A stretch of DNA of 64,000 nt from Phoronis australis (lineage: Eukaryota; Animalia; Phoronida): the NCBI GenBank assembly GCA_002633005.1, contig NMRA01000186.1:1-64000 (forward strand), given 5' to 3'. The position numbers and the translations under genes are program-made. Below are positions 11,715 through 24,044 of this stretch, piece after piece. How positions within the stretch are numbered: the first letter of the stretch is position 1; each line of letters starts with the position of its first letter. The notes beneath the pieces are model-generated. The model saw only the letters and a program-made list of their open reading frames with translations. It had not been told where the DNA came from and did no database searches.

Positions 11715-13799
11715 GTAAGTGTATTTGTAAATTTTTATATATAACAACAAACTGGTTACCTTCTAAGGCGAGTAATGTCAGGCCCGTGCCCAGATCGAGT
11801 GCTATCTGGCGGTGAAACGTGTGCTTATGCATTGTGTATGGCCTAGACAGATTTTTAGTAACTCAAAGGACTCCCTTGTCCTCTGCAGAAAACTTGGCTA
11901 TAGAGGTAGAGTGGCTGGTACTGGCGTCCTGGATGGTGATCGCCACTAGATGACTGATGCCCAAACTGACCAAAGCCACGCAGTTTTAACCCAAGGCCCC
12001 ACAAAGTTTTCCAAAGTTCTGCAAGAAGACTGTGCCACGAATACACCACGACTGTGGCGGTGTGCTTTTTTATTTAAATAATTCAATTATACAATACAAA
12101 TGATAATATAGTATACACATAAACAAAATAATTAGAAATTAAATCAAATTTAGTGGTCAGTTCGCAACCTCATAACATACGGCACCATCTTAAAGGGCTT
12201 ATAATTACATTTTGAAGTTTTCCCTTGATTAAAAAATTAATTAACATTCATTTCCTAATTCCAGTTAATTAAGCAGCCATTTTTATGTACCCACATATTT
12301 GTATGTGACGCCATTACGTTTTTAGACTGATTAGACGTATTCTGCGCCACCTGGTTTCAATTTAAAGAAATTTTAGTACATTTTTACGTCCTGCTTCCTA
12401 TCCGCCCCAGCGTTCAAAGGATCATTATGAAAACTGGCAAATGTTTTTTGATGAGAAGAGTGCAGCTTACACAGATTCTTAGACGGGTTCGGCTACTGTG
12501 AGGGCCCCTAATGGCATTTTTGGGGGTTTTGAACCCACCTCCTTCTCTCTTTGAAAGTTCTTTTTGAAATGTGACAGACATGCTCCTATGGAGATGTTAA
12601 CGGATGGCGATGAGTTTCAGACGAATCCGACCACAAGTGTGCCTCCTAGAGGTAGTTTTTTTACTTTTGCCTCTGTATCTCTGGAGTTCATTAATGGATT
12701 TTTCTGAAATTTGGAAAATAGGTTTCTATCAAGGCGACAATTATTTATTTCTATTTTCGGACTGATTGAATATGTTTTGCGCCACTTAGTGGCTATTTTT
12801 ATGATTTTGCGTTTACTTCTTTATAGCCCCTCCCACTTTTGTAGTGTTGCGCCGCCCAATGCTCAGAGGATCGTTATGAAAATTGGCAGATGTGTTCATA
12901 CGAACATGAACACGACTGGCGTGGATTTACATAGGTCGAACGTAATTGTGGTGCTCCTTAGTGACACTGTTTTCCCATCTTCAGCTGTGTCTACTAAACC
13001 CCTTCCAGGATCACAATTTGTGAAGTCCATTCCTATTAACTTGGCATCACAACCTTCATTTGTTCCAGTCCTGAGATTCGAAATTTTGAAGTGATCTCAT
13101 TTATCTCCGACTTTGTAATGCAATAGTAGTCATGGTAGGCACACAAAGTCCATGGATTTCATGAACAATTACGCCTTTCACTTTTTATTTGTTTATTTCC
13201 CCGGTTTTATTTCCTGAATACCCGTCGCCTTCGGGTGTGACCTCCGCTCGTGTGTTTGGTCACATTCAAGAGGCTTTGGAAAGAAATTTTTTGCATTTTG
13301 AAGAAGTTTACGAATGTCAAATATCATAAACTACAAGTAAAACGAAAGAGATCTGTTGCCGGCCTGCCCTCTGCGCTATCGTTGCTACGGCTGTTTTCAC
13401 CTTGGCGTCTTTTACTTGACGAAAGTTTCCGAATATTCCCGCCAACCTATTCCGACACTGACCCAGTACAGACACTCGGTGGGTGAGTCAAAAAAAAAGC
13501 GCTGGATTGTTCAATGAAATTCAGCTGTTTTTATGAAATATGCAAATTTTCAGAAGAAATTTCTACCAGGATAGTGTACAGTGTACTTTGAATTTATCAA
13601 ATACTAGCTGTCGTTTAGTAGGGGCTTAGGTTTGATTAGTGATACGAAAATTACAGATTGTAAGCCGTGCAGTTGATGAATAATTGATTTAAAAGCCACT
13701 TAAACTTTATTGTTAGATGAGAACTAATAGATATGAATAAAAGAACTTCATTTCAAAACTGTATTGACTTATGTAAGTGAATGTGAATTACCTGAAAGC

Positions 13800-16200
13800 T
13801 GAATGTTATGTGTTGCCATTAGGGTGTTGGCATCACTTTTAACAACAACGCAAATGTTACATTTAACAGATGTACCGAAGATTCCGACGGTGGTTATTTG
13901 TGCATTGATGCAGATGTGGATGGTCATAATTATTTTTTTCATAAATGTTTATTTTGCAAATGAAAACAGATCTCAATTAATGTTTTTGGACAAATTAAAT
14001 ATTTTCCAAAGATATGTAAATAACGATATTTTTGTGCTTGCTATTTTAATTGCCCATTACGAAAAATTGATAAACAGGGTATAAGAGATATTGGGTATAA
14101 ACAAGCAGTCATTGACAAGATTAAAGTTTTGCAGATACCTTCCATCAATTCAACGTTTGGAGATTACAGAATCCAAGTAAAAAACAATATACATGGCATA
14201 ACAGTTCCTACAGATTACAAAGCACAATTGACTTCTGGTTGGTTTCAAAGAACTTCAAACATCATGTGAATTTTTCCACTAAAAGTGATTATAATTTTTC
14301 GGATCACTCGGTAGTCAAACTTCATTGCTCATTTAAACATTCTGTACCGAGAGGGCCTGGACTATAGAAAATTAATAACAGGCGGTCTATTCGAAGATGA
14401 AGAATATGTAACTAACTTAACTTAAAAATGATTATAGATACCTTTGTTGAAGAGTTTGTTTATCTAAGTAATAAACATACCAAATGGGAAATGGTTAAAA
14501 TGAAAATAAGGGAATATACTATGAGGTACTTGAAAAGGAAAAAATAGAACATTCTGAGGAAGAGAAATTGATTGAAATTATTAACAACTTGACAGGAGAA
14601 CTGGTAGAATTGATGATGAAATTGTACAGAATTTGGAAAGAGCCAAGTCCGAATTTGTACAGAATTTGGAAAGAGCCAAGTCCGAATTTGTACAGAATTT
14701 GGAAAGATCCAAGTCCGAATTTGTACAGAATTTGGAAAGAGCCAAGTCCGAATTTGTACAGAATTTGGAAAGATCCAAGTCCGAATTAGTACAGAATTTG
14801 GAAAGAGCCAAGTCCGATTTGCATCGTATACAAACTCATAGAGTTCGTGGACAAATGTTGAGAAGTAAAACCCAGTTAATTGAGGAAGGGTAGAGTAGCC
14901 TCATAGGAGAAGAAAAAGTGTATAAGTATCCTTAAAAAAGATGAACACTTGATAAGAGATCATGCTGAAATCAGGTCAAAATTGACTTTTTATTACTCCT
15001 CTGTTTTCACAGATCATCAAATGGAAACACCGTCCACTATACCAGATCTTTTTAATATCGCCAGCTATGTATCACCCATTGATTTTGAAGTAATGGATGA
15101 ACCTTTAAGAGAGGGTGAATTTTTTGAAGTTTAAAAACTTGTGAAAATAATAAGTTTCAGGAAATGACTAGTTAACCTACGAATTTTATAAATGTTTCTG
15201 ACATGAAATTAAAAACTCTTTACTTAAAGCTTTTGAATATAGTTTTACAGTGGGGGAATTATCTAAGTCACAGAGGCAAGGAGCAATAACGCTCCTACCC
15301 AAGTCAAAAGATGATGCCGAGCTGCAATCCTTAGATAATTGGCGCCCAATATCTTTATTGATTATAAAATACTTACACAAGTTCTTACAACTCGTTTAAA
15401 TATCATGGGGAAACTGGTTCACCCTGATCAAACAGCTGTTAAAGGGCGATATATAGGATGCAATATCATTCAGGATATAATTTCTTCTACAAACATTATT
15501 GATTGTCAAGGACACATTCTGTTTTTGGAATTTTTCAAGGCATGTGATACAATAAAATTGGACTTTATTTTCAAAGGTTTGAGAGCTTTTAATTTGGGAT
15601 AAGGTTTTAAAAGATGGGTCTAAATAAGTTACAAAAAAACCAACTGCTTGTGTTGTCAATCATGGTTTTACTGCAGTTTATTTTCGTTTAGAAAGGGCTG
15701 TAAAACATGGTCGTGATTCATTGTCGGCCCCATTACTTTGCCTAGGTTTTGAGCTTATGGCTAATTATATACGGAATTGTAATTTAATTAACGGCATAAA
15801 TGTTGAGAAAGCTGAAGTTAAAATTCCCCAGTATGCAGATGACACTATCTTATTTCTTCATGACAAAAATTCAGGCATAAATTGTCTAAAATTTTTAGAA
15901 CATTTTGGTTTACTCTCTGGTTTTCAGCTAAATATTAAGAAATGTGAAGGGTTGTATTTAGGTCGAGAAAAACAGTTTTCTGAACCACTTTATGGCTTCA
16001 AATGGACTGGCAAACCAATCAGGAGTTTGGGAATATTTTTAGTCATAACAAACTAGAAAATGATTTTTTAAATTTTGAACTTAAAATTAAGTCATTTGAA
16101 ACGTCTCTTGATATCTGGAAAAGTCGCAATATTTCATTGCTAGGCAGGATCAATGTAATTGAAACTTTTGCGATGTCCGAGTTAATTCAGTTTTGAATTC
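13800..16200 (+). mobile_element. L1/Tx1-like LINE ORF2 pseudogene (APE endonuclease plus RT)
   Basis: GVGITF...DSDGGYL...INVYF.N, SDHSVV...RGPGL*KL, KWEMVKMKIRE, GQMLRSK, SQRQGAITLLPK, NWRPISLL, DYKIL..VL..RL, QYADD, SGFQLNIKK and W.SRNISLLGRINV; many stops and frameshifts. Confidence 0.92.
14619..14816 (+). repeat. Minisatellite, 6 x 33 bp (AATTTGTACAGAATTTGGAAAGAKCCAAGTCCG), inside LINE ORF2
   Basis: Units start at 14619, 14652, 14685, 14718, 14751 and 14784, with no spacers. Confidence 0.97.
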
Positions 16201-16384
16201 ATTTCCGCAATAACCAAAAAAGTGTAATTTAGATAAATTTAAATAAACCACCCGCAATAATTAGTGTAAGCAACATATCACCATTCATATTAATTATACT
16301 ACAACGTATTACTATTACACGCAAATATGAACAGTGTTTGGCTGTTTTCGTGTAGCTGAAAGCTCTGTTTTGGTAACCAAGACT

Positions 16385-17700
16385 ATTTATTTATTTATTT
16401 ATTTATTTACTTAAACTTATTTATAAGACTGGGTGACCACTCCAGTGAATACACTGATTTTCAAGTGGGCCCGGTCAGAAATAATTACATGAAGTAAAAC
16501 ACAAAGAGCTATTAGATTGAAATAATTAATAAATAAAATAAATTAGTTATAAAAATTAGTTAATGTGTACAATTCGACCAATAAATAAGATAAAATAAGG
16601 TAAAATAATGCTGAGCTGAGGCCTACAGTCCCGAATTGCGCACATTTCAGTTTGAAGCGGACATTGGGCGCGTTCGTGACGACAGCCCCCAGCCAATTGT
16701 AAGCAATCGCACCTCTGTAGGCAAATGTTGTTTCCTGCAGTTGTTTTTAGTTTTATCCGGCACCAGGAAGCCAGGAACACTCGCTCTAGTACTGTAATTA
16801 TGCGAATTTCTCACTGATTTGAATTTAATAGTGAGGTAATTTGGTGTGAGGCTATGTGTGACTTTGTATACCATAAAGTTAAAATAAAAGGTACGCCTGC
16901 TAACCAGACCGCAACAGCAAAGTGTATCGAGGAGGTGAGTAATAAGACATTCATTGTAATGCCACTATAATTGAATATCAGCCTCCCAGCCTTGTTTTGT
17001 ATTTTTTTGGAAAGAACAAAGGGCCAAGTAATGACCCCTTTGGGACACCACGGGTCACATCAATTGGTGTTGATGTCGCCCCGTTCACAATAGTGACTTG
17101 ATTCCGATTACTTAAGTAATTACTGAACCAGTCGAGTTCGGCATCGCACACACCACATCTAGAAAGTTTTAACAGTAATCTATTGTGGTTAACAGTATCG
17201 AAAGCTTACTTCAGATCGAGAAAGATTGCCTCAGTAACTTTATCATTGTCCATGTTGTCAGGTAAGTAGTCAATTATGTCAGGAAGAGAAGTACCTGTAA
17301 AGTACGTTGGATGAAAACCCGACAGTGCATCATATAAAAGATCGTTTGATTTTAAATAAGAGTACAGTTGTGAGTGTACACCTCTTTCTAATTTTTTTCT
17401 TAACAACAGGAACCACTGAGATTGAACGATAATTGATTCAATTTTTTATTAATTTCCTTAAAAATAGGCGTCACTCTGGCCTTCTTCCATGAAGATGGTA
17501 TGAACTGAGTTTCCAACGATTTGTTGAAAATAAATGTAAACGACTTACATATCAACGGCCCCGCAAGTTTCTGTAATCTATGTGGAATCTCGCCCACGCC
17601 CGTCGTTAAGTTCAGTAAACTGTGTTAAAGTGAAATCCTCAGTAATTTCAAAAAACTTAAACGCCTTGAACAGTAATAGACTGGAATCCTTTAGTTTAAA
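16385..17700 (-). mobile_element. L2/CR1-group LINE, 5'-truncated and internally deleted, with 3' tail
   Basis: Minus strand reads IFNKSL....P.SWKKARVTPIFK, IFLDLK*AFDTVNH, WFSNYLSNR.Q, GVPKGSLLGPL and MVYK....L.PNYL...HNYSTR. Ends GGGCCCACTTGAAAATCAGTG...GGTCACCCAG followed by (TAAA)n at about 16385-16410. Confidence 0.88.
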
Positions 17701-20359
17701 AAATTGAGTGGCTTCATTCTGAAGTAATTAAGAACTAAGTGTGGTGGGTCTGGGAAATAAAAAGAAAATGTGGAGTGCAAGTGAATTGTAAATGTGCCTT
17801 CCCACTGTACCGGGTGTAAATTTCACCAAACCATGTCAAATTACAGTGTAACTTGTCCAGTGGTTATCTAGCCAAGGAATCTCTGTACTGAGCTTCTTGC
17901 TCAGCCTTGAAGTTATCTCTGGCGTGCTGTGTTGCAAGGGGTTTTATTGGCGTGTTGTCAGTGTTTTGTCGTGTCGTGAGCTTTCTGTGGAGTTTTGTGG
18001 CCTTATTCTGTTGTGTTGGGAGCTTTCTCTGGTGTGTTGTGATTCCCTGGTGTATTGTGACCCCTAAACGGCACCGTAGTGTTCATTGTCTGAGTGACTA
18101 ATGGCTAAACGGTGCCAGTTATAACATAATTGTACGTCTGGTCCATGAGCCGTGTTACTCAGCTAGTATGGATGAGTAGTTCTGACAAAGGTATACTCAT
18201 ATATCACGCCTTAAAGTCGTCGTAAAGGCTCGCGAACACAAAGTAAATATTGCCCAAATCCCCTGGAAGCGTTCTGTAATAACAGGTCTTTGTCGGTGTT
18301 CTGATGCAACGTACGGAGGCACGCAATCAAACCTTTAGACATTGTGGGGAAAAGCGACCATTGCCTAAAACGTTTACTGATATCCACCATGCCAAGTCTT
18401 TGACCGGTGTATTTTCTTAGGAGCGTGATCGTGAGGAACCGGGGTGACTGACGACGTCTTGCGGCTTGATACCCTTACCGTTTTGCCACCTAGTGGCAAT
18501 TCTAGTTATTTACGTTTTCTTTCGTACCTTATTCGGAGTTCCTTGTAGGATGTTGATGAATCATGGGCTCCTATTAAAGAGACGGTAACACTTTTCCATT
18601 TTCAAATAGATTCGACATGTTGTATTGCTCCAAGTGGCCAACTTTTATTATTTTTAACTGGCGTCTGTCTCTCTGTTGGTCAAATTACTTGAAGGACCAT
18701 TATGAAAATTGCCATTTGTCTTCTTTCCAAATGAGACGTGCTTGGCATACGGCGAGATTTGATCAGATCCGACTACTGCAGCGACCTCTGGTGACAATTT
18801 TATACTTTTCACTGTTCCTCAATACAAGCTTCTTATTGCCGGATCTTCATGAAATTTGGCATATTATGTTTCTGTTGATGAATATGACGTGGATTTTGGG
18901 ATAAATCTAACTACTGGGCAGTCGCCCAGTGGTAATTTTGTTTTTCTTTACGCCGTTTGCCTTGATAGTTAGGCTGCGGCCGAGGCCAATTCGCGGCAGT
19001 GCCAAAATATTAAAATCTAGCGGTAGGCCAGGCTTGGAGGCAGTTTTTAGGTAGCTGTTGTGTGTAGGCTTACATTGAAATGTGCTTTGTTTATATTTTT
19101 GAACATGGTGGATGAGAATGAGAAAAGACAACGTACTCGGTTGTAGCTGCACTCTTCTTCAAATGACGGCCCCTTGTTGCATTTGTGCATTACTAGGTAG
19201 CGTCTGAGAAACTCGGCTGGCTGCTATTTCAGATAGCCCCCAAACAAACTCGAAATTGCAAAAACATGGTCAGTTGACAGTACTATTGGACCATGTTTTG
19301 GAATATTTATGAAATTTGATTTCGCAATCTTATGTTGGCTTATGTAGTTCATCGGCAGGGAGGTGGTGTTTTTGCCTACTTTTTAGCCTACCTTGCTTTA
19401 TGTTGGAGTGAGGGGGCCAAAATATTAGACACATTAAAGATTTTTGTTCATCTGTAGGGGTTTCGATGTGATACCATTGGTTGCATACGGTTTTCGACAG
19501 AGTGAAGTCCGGTGACGTGTGCTTTGCTAGGCAAAACTCAGTGAGAACTGTTCTGCGCACCCAAATTTGTTAGTTGGTGTTCATGAAACTTACCGCAACG
19601 TAGACAAGAGCACCGGCCACGTTACAGGTGGTTTTGATCAAAGAGATAAATTACGTAGAGTTGAAGTCAAGTAGTTCATGATGAGCACAGTGGTTCGCCA
19701 TATTGGTAGCTAGAGGATGAATGTGCGTCGACCTTTCCACATGCGGTGCAGCACTTAAGTGCCAAAATAGTAAGAAGGGAGAATTAAAGTGACAAAACAT
19801 CACATTTCACTGGTAATTGTGTGACGGACCTTGTCATTGTTACTGTTTGACGTGTCATAAATATTTTATGATGGATGATACCGAATTGTGGAGTGTTTTG
19901 AGAAGAAGCAAAAAATATTTTGTCTGCCTATTCAGTCTGCTCTATTCAGCAATCACAGCGTAAAGCCAGAATGTTGCATCATGACTACATGAAGCTTCAA
20001 AAATCTGCCAATAATGCACAGTTTACACCTGCTTTAGTTTCAGGTTATGAGGTGGTATTCTGAGAGGTTGTTTAATAGGAGTATGGTGCCTTTTAAAGTG
20101 TAATTTGCAATGTCCAAGTATGTTAAATTGCAACAATATCTTCAAGGTATTGCTATTTGGATGTATTTTATTCAAATTACTGTATAATTGTATATTTAGT
20201 TATTTTAAGAAAGCGAAAATAAAAAATCCGCGAAAAGTTGACCTTTGACACCGTGACATGGTGTTGGGAAACACAAACCAGATCATATCCCACAATGCAG
20301 TTCATCGCCATTATATCACGATGCAAGCAAAGACTGTGCAATCTTGGCGTGTTTTAGCA

Positions 20360-21045
20360 ATGGTGTATCGGTGTGTGCTGTTCTAACACCCCCCCCCCCC
20401 CAGGAAGGCGTGAGCCCATTTAAATTCTAAAAGCACCTGGCCACGTAATGGCACGTTTTCGTGTGCACTGCTCGTCTTTGGAAAGTGACTGTCGAGTCAG
20501 CCATCTGTCGGAGCCGAAATATCACCCGTTTCAAACGCGGTAACACCATTCAAGAATCTGTTAAATGAAAGCCGTTACATGCTTGCAGCTCACTGTAATA
20601 TATTACTACAATACATTATACACCGTAACACTCTTCAACGAGTCCTACATGCGTGTTACAGCGCCCACAATGAGACGGCCTTATATTATTACCGTAATCT
20701 ACTTCAAAAAACAGGATTAAAATCTAGTTTTAGCTTTTGCTTGAAGGTTATAAAAGTAGGCGAAACTTTGCAATTAAATATGATGTGGTGTTTTACTTTA
20801 ATAATGGACTACTCTGGATTCAAAGTGTTTTTTTTTTACTTTTGAATTGCTGCTGCTGTTGTGCTTTTCAGAGTATGTAAACGAAGTAAGGGATAACACC
20901 TTGCACTTAATTATTGCGGAACAAAAGAGAAGCAGGTGATCTTGAAATTCGCTTAGAAATTGATGCCCCTCCAAAGCCGACCGCTGGTGCTCCAGATGCG
21001 TTCAAGGAGGATGTCGTGGCACAGATGAGGATCCGTTATCCAGAT
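20360..21045 (+). pseudogene. Kolobok transposase remnants: THAP N-terminus (20360-20510) and probable C-terminal exon (20870-21045); catalytic core missing
   Basis: MVYRCV..(C)SNT..EGVSPFKF*KHLAT*WHVFV.TARLWK....AIC, then EYVNEVRD.../APPKPTAGAPDAFKEDVVAQMRIRY, which resembles the recalled P...K.EV.....SRF tail of these transposases. Confidence 0.6.
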
Positions 21046-21275
21046 AAATTCAGACTGGCTGCTTTGTCAATGGACAGCACTGGAATTTCTTTCTGTCACA
21101 TATTTGACAGTGACCACCAATGTTTTAGATTAAATTTTTGATAGTAGTACAGATAGCAGTGCCAGATTGCTTATAGTACCAGTACTGGAAATTGTAAAAA
21201 GCTTTGGCGTGTGGAATGTGACTGTCCCCTTTATATAGATAAACCTGGTGATATACTATGTTCTTATATTGAAAC

Positions 21276-21424
21276 CAGTGGCGGATTTAGAGGCGGAACA
21301 TGCCCCTCCCTAAAATTCTCCTAGATTCCATTTGACAGTTCGGGGGTGCGAATGTCTGACGGGCAAAATTCTAGATAATATTGTGCCCTGGCCAACCTAA
21401 CTCAAAATCCTGGGCACGCCCCTG
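21276..21424 (+). mobile_element. MITE (CAGTGGCGGATTTAG...CGCCCCTG family, hAT-like ends) nested in the Kolobok element
   Basis: Aligns along its length with 27967-28115. Confidence 0.8.
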
Positions 21425-21797
21425 AAAATAATTCATGTTTCTTCAATACAATGAATATAGATATTGTGGCATAGCTTTTTTAGATATTTGATTTGCACTA
21501 AACTTTTACTGTCCCATACAGGGCATCGGTATAGGAAGATTTTCTTAAATGGGGGTGCAAAGGTACCTGTTCGTGCGACAATATCATCCCAATTGTAAGA
21601 CATAATAATCACATGCACAGAATTAGAACATATTCTTGGGAACAAGCACTCCCTCCAGATTTCCCACTTCCTACACATTGGCATCCTTTTTGTGTTTTTA
21701 CACGATGTCATAGTCATCTAAAGCTATAGCATACTGGAACTTTTGGGTTGAGGTTCAGTGGTTGCTATGTCGTGTTAGTTGATATCTCATTGAATTA

Positions 21798-21937
21798 CAG
21801 TAGAACTCGCTAAGTTGGATCCAGTGAGACTGAGATATTTCATCAAAGTCAGAGTTATTTGGAGGCGTTACTGCGGAATTAATGCTAACCCTTCTAAAAT
21901 TCCCACTGAAGCACTACCAATTTAGAGAGTTCTACTG
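21798..21937. mobile_element. Tc1/mariner (pogo/Tigger-like) MITE
   Basis: TA|CAGTAGAACTCGCTAAGTTGG ... CCAATTTAGAGAGTTCTACTG|TA: 21-bp TIR with 2 mismatches and a TA TSD. Confidence 0.85.
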
Positions 21938-22472
21938 TATAAGAAGAGGGTAGGAGGTTCAGTCTGGACCTCAGACAATGGACCAGATTCAAAACTTATT
22001 TTTTAAGTAACAGCCATACTGTTCAATGTGTTCACTTCAAACACACAAACTGGACTCCAATGAGACCAATCCCTCTGTTCACCTAGGTAAACCACAAGTT
22101 TAACTGATGTTGAGTTTATATGTTTATAATGCAGTTCTAGTTAAATTACACTTGTCGTGACCATGTTATTATAAGTAACCAGATTGATGAGCATCAATAA
22201 ATGCTACTCGATGTGTCAATTATTTACCATTCTGAAACCACAGAAGTCTATTCACGGAATGCCAACTTCAATTTCATGCCGCTGAGGTTGCGCTGCGATT
22301 GCATACTGTTGTTACGATGTTGGTTCTTTCTATGAAATTTGTCACTACAACTTTTTGCAACTCATCCAAATTGCGTAAGGGTCACAACAACAACAACAAT
22401 ACATAGGATATGTGCAGGAGTTGGCATTCCAGGGCTAAGACAGCTGTTGATATCTATAAATGGATGAAACTG

Positions 22473-22960
22473 TTAAGAAAATCCATGGAACTCAAGGTCC
22501 TCCTCATTTCCTGGCGGAAGGTAGAAAGCTCTGATGCAGGTTACTGCGCATGCTGGAATGTTAACTCGGAAAGTTCGTCCTAAGTGACGATGTACCCATC
22601 TTTGTAACTGTCTGTAGGTTACGTGTCACATCCTTGTATCCAAGGGTCTGTCATAGCCATCAGGATATTGACTTTTGTATTGCAGCCATGCAGTCTCCAA
22701 AACATCACGATTTATGCATACAGGTTTAAACCCCCATGCTCCACAATACGTTTTTTTCTTCTGTAAGTTGTCACGCTTCATTTCTTTATTAAGTTTTGCA
22801 GCAACCTTGTCAACCTCTTGACAACCTAATATTTCATCAACAACTGGGGTTGTCTGACAGTTGCCTCAGGTGCACCTGCAAGATGTGTCAACAGTACACG
22901 TTAAAGTTTCGAATTGAAAAATTTACCAAGAGTGCGATTGCCAATTTTAATTGAGCGGGC
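22473..22960 (-). pseudogene. KolX / P2RX7 C-terminal ('ballast')-like Cys-rich protein remnant
   Basis: A 51-nt GT-AG intron (22876-22926) is followed by WCT*GNCQTTP..DEILGCQE...GFKPVCINRDVLETAWLQYKSQY....M*HVTYRQLQRWVHRHLGRTFRVNIPACAVTCIRAFYLPPG....FHGF*, with the hallmark WC.CGNC, YRQ..W...LG...R..IP.C.V..IR..P motifs. Confidence 0.85.
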
Positions 22961-23991
22961 TGCATACGACTTCAGTTTTCAAGAAAATTGATTGTTCGGA
23001 ATAAACCCCACTTGAGCAGCGACCTGTTTACTACAGAACAAAAATCCAATACGTTTCCAAAAACAAACTTTGGAACATCACAACCTATTTATTTTTCATA
23101 AAAATTGATCATATATAGTAAAGATATTTACTTTTCATACAAATGAAAAGTGCTACACCCAACGCAGTGGTAGATCATGCCCGGGGGATATAGTAATGGA
23201 CATTAGTTGTTTGATTTTTAGCTGACCCTAAGACAAAAGGTAGTTGCCCTGATTTATTGATGGAGGGGACTGTTTTGTATGTAGTCGTGAGACCTGTTCT
23301 CCCAATATGAACCCTATCGGCACCTGCATACCATTAATCAAATAAGACAATGCTAATGGAAAACGAAAATTTCGCGTTTCTATTCTCCGTTACAACAATG
23401 GTGTTACAACACCACGGCACCAGATATGTAAATAACTTTGTATAGCGACGTACGATTCAGTTAATGTTAAGAATATAGCAATTATAATTATAAATAAGAA
23501 TTTAGACCATATTGTTGCTCAGATTGGTTTGGACCTTGCAATTTCCTCTTTAAGAGTTCAGGGACATTGTCTCGTTGTATATTGACGAAGAAACACTCGG
23601 ACAAAATAAGATTAATGATATAACTTTTACGTAGTTGACATTACTGAAGGTTAATCAATATAGCCAGTTCATTGTTAATGGGGCAGGAAGAAAGGGGAGC
23701 CCGTGAATGGTACACCACACATTGTTACTTTAGGAAAGCTGACAGCTTGTTGCTATAGATTACAAGAGATGGGATAGATGTTATGTATTCCAATCTGCTA
23801 CTGTCATAAGGAAAACATCGTTTTTGGAAATTCTGTCGTGTTCATAGGTATAAGGCGTTTGTCTTCGGGTACTTAAGCTGTCTCGGTTTGTGGCACGTAG
23901 GACAGGGCAGACAGAGTTTATGGCCATTTACTTTTGTTACGTTTAGTTTGTGGCAGGGTGTTGTCAATTAGAGGACGTACGCTGGACTATA

Positions 23992-23994
<3 letters not shown>

Positions 23995-24039
<45 letters not shown>
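23995..24039. repeat. (TA)n microsatellite
   Basis: Direct inspection. Confidence 0.97.

Positions 24040-24044
<5 letters not shown>

Larger units (their letters stand above)
20097..23549 (+). mobile_element. Kolobok-type DNA transposon, internally deleted, about 3.45 kb
   Basis: TTAA at 20093-20096 and 23550-23553. Imperfect TIR AGTGTAATTTGCAATGTCCAA versus AGAGGAAATTGCAAGGTCCAA (17/21). Encloses THAP and transposase-tail remnants (+) converging on a KolX-like remnant (-). Confidence 0.78.

Noticed and set aside
12280-13100. Modular repeat resembling Helitron/Helentron-type non-autonomous elements (also about 18480-19740)
   Set aside because: Probably repetitive, but termini and unit structure could not be defined by eye.
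14619-14816. 33-bp repeats as a CRISPR array
   Set aside because: Units are contiguous with no unique spacers, there are no cas genes, and the context is a eukaryotic LINE.
22473-22960. A genuine P2X7 receptor gene
   Set aside because: Only the C-terminal-like Cys-rich domain is present, with stops, inside transposon TIRs; no P2X channel exons were seen.
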